DNA from: Bacillota bacterium
Lineage (GTDB): Bacteria; Bacillota; Limnochordia; DUMW01
NCBI GenBank assembly: GCA_012839765.1
Contig: DUMW01000009.1
Location: 29,434 to 93,433 of the forward strand
Reading direction: 5' to 3'
Length of the DNA: 64,000 nt
A program made the position numbers and the translations under genes. Below the pieces are notes generated by a model. The model was not told the origin of the DNA. It made no database searches and was given only the letters and a program-made list of their open reading frames with translations. Below are positions 53,778-64,000 of this stretch, in pieces; the first letter of the stretch is position 1; the number at the start of each line of letters is the position of its first letter.

Positions 53778-55542
53778 ATCAGCGGTCTTTCACGCCCTCA
53801 CCGGGATGTATGTGGAGGTCTCCAATTATCCTGGCACCACAGTAGACGTGCATCGAGCTGCCTATGGTGGGGACCTTCTGATAGATACCCCAGGTATCTA
53901 TGGACTGTCCATGCTCAACGATGAAGAACGGGTGGCTAGGGAAATCATCCTGCAGGCTGACTGTGTGGTCAACGTGGTGGACGCGGTCAGGTTGCAGCGG
54001 GACCTTTTCCTTACCTTACAGCTTGTCGATCTAGGTGTACCTATGGTCCTTGCCCTTAACATGATGGATGAGCTAGAGCAAGCCGGCATGAAAATTGATA
54101 TGGCAAAGCTTTCTAACCTGTTAGGGATCCCGGTGGTGCCCTTGGTGGCGATCCGGGGGGAAGGTATCGACCAGTTGCGGACCGAATTGGCCCGTCCCCG
54201 CCGGGGGCGGAGGGACCCCTGGCTGCAGACCCAGCTCGACCAGTTGCATAGACAATGCCCTGCCATAAGAAGTCCCCGGGAAGCGTTGCTAGTCTTGGAG
54301 GGGGATCCTGTCCTTACGGAAAGATACGGGGTGAAGCCAGACTGTAAGGAACGCATTTACATGGCCCGTCGCCGGCGGGTGGACCGGTTGGTTGGGCAGT
54401 GTGTGCAGTGGACCCACGGCCAGGTACCCAAGCGACCTTTGTTGGACCGCCTGTTGACCCAACCGGCCACTGGTTTTCCATTCCTTTTGGTGGCCCTGGG
54501 GCTCCTTTACTATCTTGTGGGTGTAGTTGTAGCCCAGGGGGCGGTGGACTTCCTCCAAGAGAAAGTCTTTCAAGGGATCTACGAACCCTGGATAGCCAGC
54601 CACGTACATCAGTTGGTTTCCCCCCAATCGCTGCTGGGAAAGCTTCTGGTCGGTCCCTATGGGGTCCTGACGACCGCCGTGACCTATCTTTTCGGGTTAC
54701 TGTTGCCGTTAGTGATTGGCTTTCAGTTGGTGCTGGGCCTTTTGGAAGACTCGGGGTACTTGCCCCGGGTGGCGGTGCTGGCGGACCGGGCCTTGACCAA
54801 GCTGGGATTGAATGGTAAGGCAGTGATCCCTCTGCTCCTGGGTTTTGGTTGTGTGACCATGGCTCTGATCAGCACCCGGATTCTAAACTCCCGACGGGAG
54901 CAGACCATCGCTACGATCTTGCTGTGCCTGGCTATTCCCTGTTCGTCCACCCTAGGGATTATCATAATTATGCTTGTACCCTTGGGACTGCGGGCGGTGT
55001 TATTTTATCTAGGACTGAGCACCGCGATTTTCCTTCTGGCTGGAGCTGTGCTGGCCTGGCGGCTGCCGGGGCGGTCTACCCACCTGCTCATTGATCTGCC
55101 GCCTTTGCGCTGGCCAAGGATCTGGAATGTGCTCCAGAAGGCCACCCATCGTTCTTTGGCCTTCTTACGGGATGCGGGCCCTTTGTTCCTTTTGGCCATG
55201 TTACTTATCAGTCTTTTGGATTGGCTGGGTCTGATGTCCCTACTGGAGTGGCTCCTTTCTCCCATTACCACCCGGTGGTTGATGTTGCCCAAAGAGAGTA
55301 CCGTACCCCTGATCCTGGGGTTGTTGCGCAGGGATTTTGGGGCGGTGGGTCTGTATTCCCTCCAGCTGTCCCCAGGGCAACAGTTGGTGGCGGTGATCAC
55401 CATCACCTTTTTTGTGCCTTGCCTTGCCTCCATGTTGGTGCTCTTCAAGGAGCGGGGCACAAGGCAGGGAAGCCTCATTTTCCTTGGCACCCTTGGGACT
55501 GCCATCCTCTTGGGGGGTCTGGTAGCCCATCTAGTTCTTTAA
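53719..55542 (+). CDS. feoB: Ferrous iron transport protein B (GTPase plus permease)
   Basis: G-domain IALVGNPNAGKSAVFHALTG, DTPG, and a C-terminal polytopic permease region. The start is uncertain: GTG 53719 gives MRKFSQSRWIALVGNPN with a GGGGTGG RBS, or ATG 53665. It overlaps the end of feoA. Confidence 0.75.
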   Translation: MRKFSQSRWIALVGNPNAGKSAVFHALTGMYVEVSNYPGTTVDVHRAAYGGDLLIDTPGIYGLSMLNDEERVAREIILQADCVVNVVDAVRLQRDLFLTLQLVDLGVPMVLALNMMDELEQAGMKIDMAKLSNLLGIPVVPLVAIRGEGIDQLRTELARPRRGRRDPWLQTQLDQLHRQCPAIRSPREALLVLEGDPVLTERYGVKPDCKERIYMARRRRVDRLVGQCVQWTHGQVPKRPLLDRLLTQPATGFPFLLVALGLLYYLVGVVVAQGAVDFLQEKVFQGIYEPWIASHVHQLVSPQSLLGKLLVGPYGVLTTAVTYLFGLLLPLVIGFQLVLGLLEDSGYLPRVAVLADRALTKLGLNGKAVIPLLLGFGCVTMALISTRILNSRREQTIATILLCLAIPCSSTLGIIIIMLVPLGLRAVLFYLGLSTAIFLLAGAVLAWRLPGRSTHLLIDLPPLRWPRIWNVLQKATHRSLAFLRDAGPLFLLAMLLISLLDWLGLMSLLEWLLSPITTRWLMLPKESTVPLILGLLRRDFGAVGLYSLQLSPGQQLVAVITITFFVPCLASMLVLFKERGTRQGSLIFLGTLGTAILLGGLVAHLVL

Positions 55543-55983
55543 CATGAACCAACCACCCAGGGCCAAAAGGGCGGTCCCCACCACCCGGTACCAGGTAAAG
55601 GGTACCCGTTCCAGACCAAACAGGCCCAGATGGTCGATGAGGGAGGCGGTCAACACCTGGCCGATGATAATGGCCGTGGTGGCTAGGGCCACACCGATCT
55701 GGGAGATGCTCCGTACCACCGTATAGGTGATGCCCACTCCCAGGATCCCACCTAGATACAAATACCAAGGGGCTTTTCCCAGGTCGAAGATACTACCCTC
55801 CTGCAGGCGAAAGCCAAAAAGCAGTATACTGATAAAGGCTAACCCCACCACATGCACATAGAAGGTGGCCTGCCAGAGCCCGTGGGCTTTACCCAGTCCC
55901 GAGTTCAATGAGCCCTGCAAAGCCATGAGAATGCCCGATGCGGCGGCGATTAGCAGTGCCAATGTGCCGGTCTTTAGATCCAT
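55531..55983 (-). CDS. DMT-superfamily small transporter (DUF606/YdcZ-like)
   Basis: 150 aa with 4-5 TM helices in the typical DUF606 pattern. Convergent with feoB, 12 nt overlap. Confidence 0.55.
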   Translation of the reverse strand: MDLKTGTLALLIAAASGILMALQGSLNSGLGKAHGLWQATFYVHVVGLAFISILLFGFRLQEGSIFDLGKAPWYLYLGGILGVGITYTVVRSISQIGVALATTAIIIGQVLTASLIDHLGLFGLERVPFTWYRVVGTALLALGGWFMLKN

Positions 55984-56101
55984 GTTTCTCTTTCCCCTTC
56001 CTCGCCTTTAGCTTGTCTTTTTCCCTGGAATCTATGCTTGCACTTCTAGGTCGCGGAGGTGTTGCATAAGCTTCCTTGAGGAGAGGCAAGGAGGGACACC
56101 A

Positions 56102-57031
56102 ATGGTCGGTCGGGCGATGGCACTGTTTGCGGTGGGTGTGGCCTTGTTGTTTGTTGGTGTACGGATCATGTCTACCGGACTGAAGCTGCAAGCCGAAGGA
56201 AGGGTCCACCGATTGCTAAGCTATGCCGGAGTGCATCCTTGCTTGGGGGTGCTCCTGGGTATGGTGGTCACCGCCTTGATCCAAAGCTCCTCGGCGGTGA
56301 CGGTGATGCTGGTAAGCATGACCGAGGCCGGGGTGATCACCTTTCATAACGCCTTTGCCATCACCCTGGGGGCAAACATTGGAACCACCCTCACCGGATT
56401 CATTATGGCGCTTTCCGTGGGGGAACTGGGTTTTTGGAGCCTCTTGGCAGGGTTGTTGCTTATCATCTGGCACCGCCAAGGCCGCAGCTATACCGCCGGC
56501 CTGATCCTGGTGGGGTGCGGTTTAATCCTGTTAGGAATGCAGATTATGGGTTATGGCAGTGCACCCTTGGGGGAATGGGAATATATTGCCCGGGTGCTTG
56601 AAATGTCTGCTCAGAATCAGCTTTTCGGTCTTCTGACCGGGACCGTGGCCACCGCCCTGTTGCAGAGTAGCAGTGTATTCACTGGGATTGTGATGGCCCT
56701 GGCCAAAGAGGGACTGGTGGGCCTGACTTCTGCCGCCTTGTTCATTATGGGCAGTAATGTGGGAACCTGTGTTACCGCGCTGTTGGCTTCCATCGGAACC
56801 GACACCGCTGCCCGGCAGACGGCTGTGGGCCACCTGGTATTCAATCTCTTCAGTATACTTATTGCCTGGCCCTTCCTAGGCCCCTTAGTCAGTGGGGTGG
56901 AGGCGATCAGCTCCCACATCGCCGTACAAGTGGCTAGCTTCCAAATGTTGTTCAATTTGTTGACGGTGTTGGCCGCGTTACCGTTGTTCCCCTTCTTGGT
57001 GGCCCTAGTCCAGCGGTTAGTACCTAGATAA
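56102..57031 (+). CDS. Na/Pi-cotransporter family protein (NptA-like, transporter domain only)
   Basis: Duplicated motif ALIQSSSAVTVMLVSM / ALLQSSSVFTGIVMAL is characteristic of the Na+/phosphate symporter family. 309 aa. Confidence 0.6.
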   Translation: MVGRAMALFAVGVALLFVGVRIMSTGLKLQAEGRVHRLLSYAGVHPCLGVLLGMVVTALIQSSSAVTVMLVSMTEAGVITFHNAFAITLGANIGTTLTGFIMALSVGELGFWSLLAGLLLIIWHRQGRSYTAGLILVGCGLILLGMQIMGYGSAPLGEWEYIARVLEMSAQNQLFGLLTGTVATALLQSSSVFTGIVMALAKEGLVGLTSAALFIMGSNVGTCVTALLASIGTDTAARQTAVGHLVFNLFSILIAWPFLGPLVSGVEAISSHIAVQVASFQMLFNLLTVLAALPLFPFLVALVQRLVPR

Positions 57032-57138
57032 AGTAGGTTCCAGAAGGGATTTCTCTGGAAAGGAAGGAAATTGTCGCATGATGTCGTAATGTATTATGTA
57101 AGGGCTTTCCACATTTCAAAAGGGTGTTTAGGAGTTCA

Positions 57139-57810
57139 ATGAGTCATTCGCGCAACAACGGGTTGTATTCGGAACATATATATGAAGATCTTAAAAGGCG
57201 GATCATTACCGGCGAGATCGCACCCGGTACCCTCCTCAGCCAAGGTCAGCTAGCCAAGGATTATGGGGTCAGTCGTACCCCGGTGCGGGATGCGCTTCAA
57301 CGTTTAGAACAGGATCAACTGGTGAGCAACCTGCCGAAGAAGGGGGCTTTGGTGCGGGCGGCCAATTTTACCGAAGCGGTGGAAGTTACGAGAATCCGCC
57401 AAGTATTGGAGGCCTACGCAGTCCGGGCCGCCACGGTGCACTTGACCGCGGAACGCCGAAAGGAACTGGCGGAGCATCTGGCCCGTATGGCGGAGGCCAT
57501 GGAGACGGAGGAAATCGGTCTGTTTTACGATTTGGAGCGACAGTGGCATGAGGAATTGATCAAGACCGCGGGTAACCGCCGATTGGAACAAGTACTCATC
57601 ACCCTGGTAGATCCCTTGTGTGAGAAGTCCTATCGTAGCTACATCAGATCGGTTCCGGACAGCATTGTGGTTATGTACGAGGATCACAACCGGATCTTCA
57701 AGACCATGGTGGAGAAGGACGCGGAAGCCGCTGGAAGCTTAATGGCCCAACATGTGGAGAGGATGGTGGACGCCATGCTGTTCATGGCGAAAATGGTAGG
57801 GAATGTCTAG
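57139..57810 (+). CDS. GntR-family transcriptional regulator (FadR/FCD subfamily)
   Basis: N-terminal wHTH (LSQGQLAKDYGVSRTPVRDALQRL) plus a C-terminal all-helical FCD domain. ATG 57139 follows an AGGAG RBS. Confidence 0.75.
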   Translation: MSHSRNNGLYSEHIYEDLKRRIITGEIAPGTLLSQGQLAKDYGVSRTPVRDALQRLEQDQLVSNLPKKGALVRAANFTEAVEVTRIRQVLEAYAVRAATVHLTAERRKELAEHLARMAEAMETEEIGLFYDLERQWHEELIKTAGNRRLEQVLITLVDPLCEKSYRSYIRSVPDSIVVMYEDHNRIFKTMVEKDAEAAGSLMAQHVERMVDAMLFMAKMVGNV

Positions 57811-57866
57811 ATGTATATTTTTTGCCGCAACTTGTATACAAGATGAACACAAGGAGGATACCTAGA

Positions 57867-58895
57867 ATGATGCGGGCTTTGGTGAAGACCCGATCCGGAC
57901 CGGGTCTGGAGTTAATAGACAAACCGATTCCTGAACCAGGAGTTGGTGAAGTCTTAGTGAAAGTTAAATATGCATCCATCTGCGGGACGGATCTCCACAT
58001 TTACACCTGGGACCAATGGGCCCAGAACAGAATCAAACCACCGGTGACCATTGGCCACGAATTAAGTGGCCAAGTGGTAAAACTGGGGCAGGGAGTGGAA
58101 AACGTTAAAGAAGGCGACTGGGTATCGGCCGAGGGACATCTTTGGTGCGGACAGTGTTACCAGTGTCGGACCGGGAAGAAGCATATCTGCCGGCATGCCC
58201 AGATCATTGGCGTGGACCGCGACGGCTGTTTTGCCGATTACGTGGTATTGCCCGCACAGAATCTATGGAAACTGCACCCGGACTTAGATCCCAGCTTGGC
58301 CAGCGTCTTCGATCCCTTTGGCAACGCGGTGCACTCCACCATGTGCTGGAACTTAGGGGCAAGGAGTGTCCTGGTGGCGGGCTGCGGCCCCATCGGGGTG
58401 CTTTGTGTGATGTTGGCCAAATGGTTTGGGGCTAGTCCGGTCATTGCTACGGAGACCAATGCCTACCGTCGACAATTGGCAGAAAAACTTGGCGCCGACG
58501 TTGTCCTTAATCCCCTGGAAGTGGACGTGGTGGAGAAAGTGATGGAGCTTACTTCGGGAACAGGGGTGGATCTTTTCCTCGAGATGTCTGGAAACGAGTC
58601 CGCGATCCGCTCAGGGATCGCCGCGGTGACCCCCGGTGGCGGAGTCTCTTTACTGGGGATCCCGGGAAAAGAGATCCAGCTGAACCTTTCTGAGATCATT
58701 TTCAAGCAGCTGACGCTTTTGGGGATCAACGGTCGTCGGGTCTTTGAAAACTGGTACGCCATGGAGCGTTTGGTACTGGCTGGCTTTGACTTGGCCTCGG
58801 TGGTTACCCATCGGTTGTCCTTCTCCCAATGGGAGCAAGGGATGGAACTGATGGCCCAAGGGGTCTGTGGGAAAGTAACCTTAGAATTAGACTAG
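57867..58895 (+). CDS. tdh: L-threonine 3-dehydrogenase (zinc-dependent MDR family)
   Basis: MMRALVKT…ICGTDLHIY…GHE…CGQCYQCR motifs. Followed directly by kbl. AAGGAGGA RBS. Confidence 0.8.
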   Translation: MMRALVKTRSGPGLELIDKPIPEPGVGEVLVKVKYASICGTDLHIYTWDQWAQNRIKPPVTIGHELSGQVVKLGQGVENVKEGDWVSAEGHLWCGQCYQCRTGKKHICRHAQIIGVDRDGCFADYVVLPAQNLWKLHPDLDPSLASVFDPFGNAVHSTMCWNLGARSVLVAGCGPIGVLCVMLAKWFGASPVIATETNAYRRQLAEKLGADVVLNPLEVDVVEKVMELTSGTGVDLFLEMSGNESAIRSGIAAVTPGGGVSLLGIPGKEIQLNLSEIIFKQLTLLGINGRRVFENWYAMERLVLAGFDLASVVTHRLSFSQWEQGMELMAQGVCGKVTLELD

Positions 58896-58906
58896 GGGGG
58901 AGAAAT

Positions 58907-60079
58907 ATGCCACTGGGATTCTTGCAGGAAGAACTGGCGAAACTGGAGGAAAGCAAGTTATACAACCACATCCGGGTGATTGAGGGAGCCCAGGGACCAT
59001 GGGTGCAGATCAAGGGACGGAGGATGTTGAACCTTTGTTCCAACAACTATCTGGGTTTGGCCAATCATCCCGCCTTGAAGGAAGCGGCCATCAAGGCCAT
59101 CGAAGAATACGGGGTGGGCCCCGGGGCAGTGCGATCCATTGCAGGGACAAATTCCCTCCATACAGAGCTGGAAGAGGCCCTGGCCCGCTTCAAAAGGGCG
59201 GAGGCTGTCCTTTCCTTCCAATCGGGGTTCAACGCCAACTTGGCGGTGATTCCGGCCCTGGTGGGCAAGGAGGATGTGATCCTGAGTGATGAATTGAATC
59301 ACGCCAGCATCATTGACGGATGTCGGTTAAGCCGGGCTACCATCAAGGTATATCCCCACCGGGATATGGAAGCCTTGGAGAAACTACTCCAGGAGTATCA
59401 AGGACGGCGGGTACTGGTGGTTACCGATGGAGTTTTCAGTATGGATGGTGACCTGGCTCCCTTGCCGGAGATTGTTCGTTTAGCGAAGAAATACGGGGCG
59501 ATCACCATGGTGGACGATGCCCACGGCGAAGGGGTGCTGGGGAGCCACGGCCGGGGAATCGTAGACCACTTTGACCTCCACGGAGAAGTGGATGTGGAGG
59601 TAGGGACCTTATCCAAGGCCTTTGGCGTTGTTGGAGGTTTCGTGGCCGGAAGCAGGCTTCTGGTGGACTATCTCAAGCAACGGGCGCGGCCCTTCCTCTT
59701 CTCTTCGGCCGTAACCAGCGCTGATGTGGCGGCGTGCCTTGCTGCGGTGAAACTACTGGAAAGCAGCGATGAACTGGTGAAAAAGCTTTGGGATAATGCC
59801 CGGTACTTCCAGACAAAGATCCAAGAGGCGGGCTTTGTCCTTGGGGACACCGAAACGCCCATTTCGCCGGTGATGCTGGGAGAGTCCGGCGTCGCCCAGG
59901 CCCTTAGTAAGGGGCTCGTTGACGAGGAAGGGGTCTTTGCCCAGGCCATTGTCTATCCTACGGTACCCCAGGGCAAGGCGCGGATCCGGGTCATGGTCTC
60001 CGCAGCCCACAGTAAGGAAGACTTGGACTACGGGATCGCGGCCTTTGTCCGGCAAGGAGAAAAATTGGGGATTATCTAG
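58907..60079 (+). CDS. kbl: Glycine C-acetyltransferase (2-amino-3-ketobutyrate CoA ligase)
   Basis: PLP-dependent class-II aminotransferase pattern (…[10 protein letters not shown]…, …SFQSGFNAN…, LSKAFG lysine region). tdh-kbl pairing. Confidence 0.8.
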   Translation: MPLGFLQEELAKLEESKLYNHIRVIEGAQGPWVQIKGRRMLNLCSNNYLGLANHPALKEAAIKAIEEYGVGPGAVRSIAGTNSLHTELEEALARFKRAEAVLSFQSGFNANLAVIPALVGKEDVILSDELNHASIIDGCRLSRATIKVYPHRDMEALEKLLQEYQGRRVLVVTDGVFSMDGDLAPLPEIVRLAKKYGAITMVDDAHGEGVLGSHGRGIVDHFDLHGEVDVEVGTLSKAFGVVGGFVAGSRLLVDYLKQRARPFLFSSAVTSADVAACLAAVKLLESSDELVKKLWDNARYFQTKIQEAGFVLGDTETPISPVMLGESGVAQALSKGLVDEEGVFAQAIVYPTVPQGKARIRVMVSAAHSKEDLDYGIAAFVRQGEKLGII

Positions 60080-60098
60080 GGGGAAACTTCAAGAAACC

Positions 60099-60148
60099 AG
60101 GGGCACGGGCCCGGGTCCGGCGGACCGGCTGCTTGTGCCCCTTCTTCT
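60099..60148. terminator. Hairpin terminator between convergent kbl (+) and methyltransferase (-)
   Basis: AGGGGCAC…GTGCCCCT outer stem with a nested CCGGTCCG/CGGACCGG stem, followed by TTCTTCT. Confidence 0.45.
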
Positions 60149-60238
60149 AGGGCACCAGACCGAGGGTTAGACTTTTCTCTTGTGTGAGGCCACGGTCTTC
60201 GGCTTTGTTCTTGCAGGATCGGCTGCAGATTGGGATTC

Positions 60239-60937
60239 CTACTTCATGGCCCTGATCATGGCTGTATGCTGATCTTTTGGCAAAAACCCCACCAGTTCCA
60301 CCACCGTGAAGCCAGCCTTGCGGATACAGGCAAGTTCATGTTCAAGGGTTAGGGGCGTGTCGAAGTGGACGAAGACTTCGTCTTTAATGCCATCCCGTCG
60401 GCGTCGCCTTTGGGCTTCAAAGAAGGCTAGTTCTTCTATGGCCTGGGAGGTGGCGATGTAATCACATTCTAGGTACACGCCGCCCGGTTTCAAACAATGG
60501 TGGACCTTGCGGAACAGCTCTTCCTTCTTGGCGGCAGTATAATGATGCAGGCTTTGAAAGGAGACCACCGCATCGAAACGTTCCTGGCCTAGATCATAGG
60601 TGAAATAGTCGGCACAGACCAAGGACAGCTTTTTATCCCCATGTTTTTTTCGAAGCTGCGCTAGCATCCTTTCTGACAGGTCGATGCCCACCACCACCAA
60701 GTGGGGGAAGCGGGCGAGAATATAATCCAACTCGAGTCCTGTTCCACAGCCGAGATCCAAAAGGGTTTTTAAAGAAGTGGGCAACAGGTCAGCCATCCAT
60801 TGGTAGTGCGCCTTCCACCGGGCCATGTGTTCTTCGTAGGAGTCGATCCGGGCGTCGAAGAATCCAGCCATTGTCTCCAAAGGTTCATCTTTTGTTTCCT
60901 CAAGCCATTGTTTCAGTTCTAGATAATCTTTGTCCAT
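60239..60937 (-). CDS. Class I SAM-dependent methyltransferase
   Basis: LDLGCGTG (motif I) and a Rossmann-fold MTase pattern. The internal ATG at 60937 (MDKDYLELKQW…) is preferred over the longer ORF, which lacks homology upstream. Confidence 0.65.
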   Translation of the reverse strand: MDKDYLELKQWLEETKDEPLETMAGFFDARIDSYEEHMARWKAHYQWMADLLPTSLKTLLDLGCGTGLELDYILARFPHLVVVGIDLSERMLAQLRKKHGDKKLSLVCADYFTYDLGQERFDAVVSFQSLHHYTAAKKEELFRKVHHCLKPGGVYLECDYIATSQAIEELAFFEAQRRRRRDGIKDEVFVHFDTPLTLEHELACIRKAGFTVVELVGFLPKDQHTAMIRAMK

Positions 60938-61215
60938 AGACTCTCTTCTCCATGCCCCTACGCGGTCGAAAACCCAGCAAAGGTCAGACTTTCTACAGTA
61001 AATACCCGTATCAGGAATGGCCGAACGGGGATATTCTACAAAACGGTCCCCAGGGTACAGAATCACGGAGACCATAGGCTGCGCGGATGAGGTGTTGAGT
61101 CTATGGTAGCACAGGTCTTGATGTAACGGAAGGAGCAGGGACACATCGTCTTGGAAGCCTCGTTTTCCTGTGCTATGATTTAAATATCAGTCTAATTTTG
61201 AAAGGGAGAGGGACT

Positions 61216-62226
61216 ATGCAGGAGAAAACCCTGAAGGCAAGACGCGGTATGCCCTGGTTGTTGCTTTTCATTCTTCTTTATCTAGTTGCCATTGCTTTAG
61301 TTGTCGTCGGTGGTGTCCTCATCGAACGGGGAGCCAGCGGGATTGGAGGTACCCTTCTGGCCCTGGGTATCCTATGGCTGGTGGTCGGTTTTGTTCCCTT
61401 TTTCGGGTTGAAAGTGATTAAGCCCCAAGAAGCGTTGGTTCTGACCCTGTTTGGGGAATATATTGGCACGATCCGAGAACCCGGTTTCTATTATGTTCAT
61501 CCCTTCTCCGTGGCTGTAAACCCGGCTGCCTATACTCGATTGGGACAAAGCGGCGATGTGGAGCAGGCGGGGGCAACCATCACCGCTGCGGGAAATGTTC
61601 CCAGCAATTACCCGGCGGGTAAGAAGATCTCCCTCAAGATCCAGACTCTGAGCAATTCCAAGCAGAAAATAAACGATGCCTTGGGGAATCCCGTGGAGAT
61701 CGGGGTTGCCGTTATGTGGCGGGTTATCGACACGGCGAAAGCTGTTTTCAATGTGGATAACTATAAAGAATACCTCTCCCTGCAATGCGATAGTGCCGTC
61801 AGGGACATCGTCCGTATTTACCCCTATGATGTGGCCCCGGGTATTGATACCACTGGCGATGGTGTTCCCGATGAGGGTAGTCTGCGCGGTTCAAGCTCCG
61901 TGGTGGCGGAACGAATCCGCAAACAGCTTCAGGAAAAGGTGGAAAACGCGGGTCTGGAAATCCTGGAGGTCCGGATTACCTATCTGGCCTATGCCCCGGA
62001 AATTGCCGCTGTGATGCTTCAAAGACAGCAGGCCAGTGCCATCGTTGATGCGCGAAAGATGATTGTAGAAGGTGCTGTGAGCATCGTGGAAATGGCTTTA
62101 GACAAACTCAAAGAAAACGAAGTGGTCAAACTCGATGAGGACCGTAAAGCCGCGATGGTCTCCAATCTGCTGGTGGTCCTTTGTGGGAATAGGGACGTTC
62201 AACCGGTGATAAGCAGCGACGACTAG
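61216..62226 (+). CDS. SPFH/band-7 domain membrane protein (stomatin/prohibitin-like)
   Basis: N-terminal TM helices followed by …[15 protein letters not shown]…. The coiled C-terminus is typical of the SPFH family. AAGGGAGAGG RBS. Confidence 0.65.
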   Translation: MQEKTLKARRGMPWLLLFILLYLVAIALVVVGGVLIERGASGIGGTLLALGILWLVVGFVPFFGLKVIKPQEALVLTLFGEYIGTIREPGFYYVHPFSVAVNPAAYTRLGQSGDVEQAGATITAAGNVPSNYPAGKKISLKIQTLSNSKQKINDALGNPVEIGVAVMWRVIDTAKAVFNVDNYKEYLSLQCDSAVRDIVRIYPYDVAPGIDTTGDGVPDEGSLRGSSSVVAERIRKQLQEKVENAGLEILEVRITYLAYAPEIAAVMLQRQQASAIVDARKMIVEGAVSIVEMALDKLKENEVVKLDEDRKAAMVSNLLVVLCGNRDVQPVISSDD

Positions 62227-62546
62227 CACTAAGCAGGGAACCATCTTTTTTGATGGGTTCAATGTGCCAGTTATGGGTTTTACCCTCAGGAAAAAAGCAG
62301 CAAGCACATTGATGCAGTCCCGATACCAATGGCACATCGAGGACAGTTGTAATGTCCCCTGCTGTGAAGACCCAAGCTTGTAACTAGCCGGATGACTGTG
62401 GTAGAGTCGAGGCCTTGTCCCGATGGTGGTCTAGGGACAAGGCCTTGCGATTCTTCTGGGGATAGACTGTATTGGTAATCAGAAGGATTAGGCCGGGCGG
62501 ATTCGACTACAGACGGTCCCCAAAAGAAGTTCCTTACCTTAAGGCT

Positions 62547-63119
62547 CTATTTAACCAATTCCTCTTCGGTGGGTGTCCACAATTCCATTTCCATCAAGCG
62601 AATTGTCTTATCATCAGTTTGACCAGGTTTGATGACCCGTAGGCGCCATTGGTCTGTCTCGATGGGTTCGAAACTGGCCTTCACAATCTTTTCTGTGTTT
62701 CCGGTTACATGCACGATCTCTATCCAGTCAGTACCATCCCAGTAATCCAGGGCAAATTCTGCTACGATCCGTTCGGGACTGGCGCCTTGGTACCCATCGT
62801 CGCTGATGAGGACCAGGCGGCTAACCTGCATGGGCTCCCGTAGGGTGATTTTCACCCAGTGGTAATCCAAGCCCTCAGGGAATTTGCCCACACTCACCCA
62901 ACGACTCCCATGATCCCCGTCGATCAAGTTAGAAAGGGGGGCGGTGGCACCTAGATCTGGAGTGCTTGACTCGATTACAATGCTCCCGTGCCACTCATTG
63001 TGGGGAGCCAAGATATTGATCGGTACAGGCTTCTTGCTAAACAGACATCCTGCAAGGCCCATGGCGAACAACACGGAGGACAATACTGCTACGACAATAA
63101 GACATCTTCTTTGTTTCAC
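62547..63119 (-). CDS. Small F5/8 type C (discoidin) domain lipoprotein (third paralogue)
   Basis: Lipobox MGLAGC. NLIDGDHGSRWVS … MEMELWTP. The GTG at 63119 is preferred (GGGGG RBS); the extended ORF reaches 63125. Confidence 0.65.
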   Translation of the reverse strand: MKQRRCLIVVAVLSSVLFAMGLAGCLFSKKPVPINILAPHNEWHGSIVIESSTPDLGATAPLSNLIDGDHGSRWVSVGKFPEGLDYHWVKITLREPMQVSRLVLISDDGYQGASPERIVAEFALDYWDGTDWIEIVHVTGNTEKIVKASFEPIETDQWRLRVIKPGQTDDKTIRLMEMELWTPTEEELVK

Positions 63120-63265
63120 GACCAAACCCCCTTGTGGATTTAATGACCGTCACCTAATCCTTCTTTCTTATGGCCATACGTGGGCAAGAGGACGCCGCTA
63201 TAGAGTATCTCGAATCGCCAGAGGATGTCATCTCTTACCGTGATTCACTTAATCCGGCTCTTCTG

Positions 63266-63835
63266 CTAAATCCCCAATACTTCCGGTGTCCAAAGCTCCA
63301 GTTCATACAACCGAATCGTCCGGTCACTGCTTTGGGTGGCTTGGATGATCCGCAGGCGCCATTCTTTCGCCTCTACCGGGTCGAAGGTTTCTTCCACCAC
63401 CCTGTCGGTGTTTTCGGTAACGTGTACCACTTGAACCCATTCGGCGCCGTTCCAGTAATCCAAAGCAAACTCCCTGGTGATACGAGTGGGATGGTTACCG
63501 GCTCCATCATCGCTTACTAGGACTATTTTGTTAAGGGCCATGGCTTCGGGCAAGGTAATCTTCACCCAGTGATAATCCAGCCCGGTGGGGAACCGCCCCT
63601 CGCTTACCCAGCGGGTATTGTGATTCCCGTCGGTCAAGAAAGAAAGAGGATTGTTTTCGCTATAGTCGGGTGTACTGGATTCGACGACAATGCTTCCATA
63701 CCAGTCATTAGCGGGGTCAAAGATGTTGACCGGTTCAACGGTTATCTCGGGGATGATAAAGACGCATCCGGAAAACCAAAAGGACAGCGCAACCAGTGTA
63801 ATAACCGCCAGCATGGTAGTCTTGCCTTTTCGCAT
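63266..63835 (-). CDS. Small F5/8 type C (discoidin) domain lipoprotein (fourth paralogue)
   Basis: Lipobox FWFSGC. FLTDGNHNTRWVS … YELELWTP. The ATG at 63835 follows a GAGGAGG RBS. Confidence 0.65.
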   Translation of the reverse strand: MRKGKTTMLAVITLVALSFWFSGCVFIIPEITVEPVNIFDPANDWYGSIVVESSTPDYSENNPLSFLTDGNHNTRWVSEGRFPTGLDYHWVKITLPEAMALNKIVLVSDDGAGNHPTRITREFALDYWNGAEWVQVVHVTENTDRVVEETFDPVEAKEWRLRIIQATQSSDRTIRLYELELWTPEVLGI

Positions 63836-64000
63836 TTGTATAACCTCCTCAAGAAAGTGTTTTGGTTGGTATTGCCCGTGCTGGAATGGAAGCAATCAAC
63901 ACTTTACTGTCGGCAACCAAGCCAACCGGAAGTTGCCAGTAGTGAAATAAAACGGGTATCCATGAGGATAGACAGACTATCTTCCCAAGTAACAAGTCGC

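Overview
This 64 kb window is moderately GC-rich and looks like part of an endospore-forming Firmicute genome (Bacillus/Clostridia-type gene order). It has two parts.

(A) The core block is a conserved sporulation and diaminopimelate/lysine gene cluster. The window opens with ylxY-like polysaccharide deacetylase, then M16 peptidase (mlpA/ymxG-like), and after the inserted block at ~3.3-39.4 kb resumes with ymxH. A lysine riboswitch (L-box) follows, then dapB, dpaA, dpaB (dipicolinate synthase), asd, aspartokinase, dapA, RNase J, tepA and ylzJ, then feoAB. This gene order matches the B. subtilis ylxY-mlpA-ymxH-spoVFAB-asd-dapG-dapA-rnjB-tepA-ylzJ block. The end of the window carries a DMT transporter, a Na/Pi-cotransporter-family protein, a GntR regulator, tdh-kbl (threonine catabolism), a SAM methyltransferase, an SPFH protein and two small discoidin-domain lipoproteins.

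(B) A ~36 kb accessory carbohydrate-utilisation block (~3.3-39.4 kb) sits between mlpA and ymxH. A smaller ~4.3 kb block sits between ymxH and the L-box/dapB. The large block contains two LacI regulators, a FAD-dependent oxidoreductase, two paralogous clan GH-A glycosidases, a GH116, a GH9 with Ig-like N-domain and PKD domain, a GH42-like protein and a metallophosphoesterase. It also holds three orphan solute-binding proteins, MATE and MFS transporters, small secreted F5/8-type-C (discoidin) proteins, and two repeated domain families I cannot assign to any known family. The small block carries a GH2.

Several accessory genes are broken. A PAS-GGDEF gene has multiple frameshifts. The GH9 is frameshifted before its C-terminal domain. 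A sugar-phosphate isomerase has one frameshift plus an in-frame TGA. One gene of the unassigned domain family has an in-frame TAA followed by conserved sequence. The core biosynthetic genes are intact.

I found no rRNA, tRNA, CRISPR array, integrase or transposase. Nearly all genes are on the + strand.
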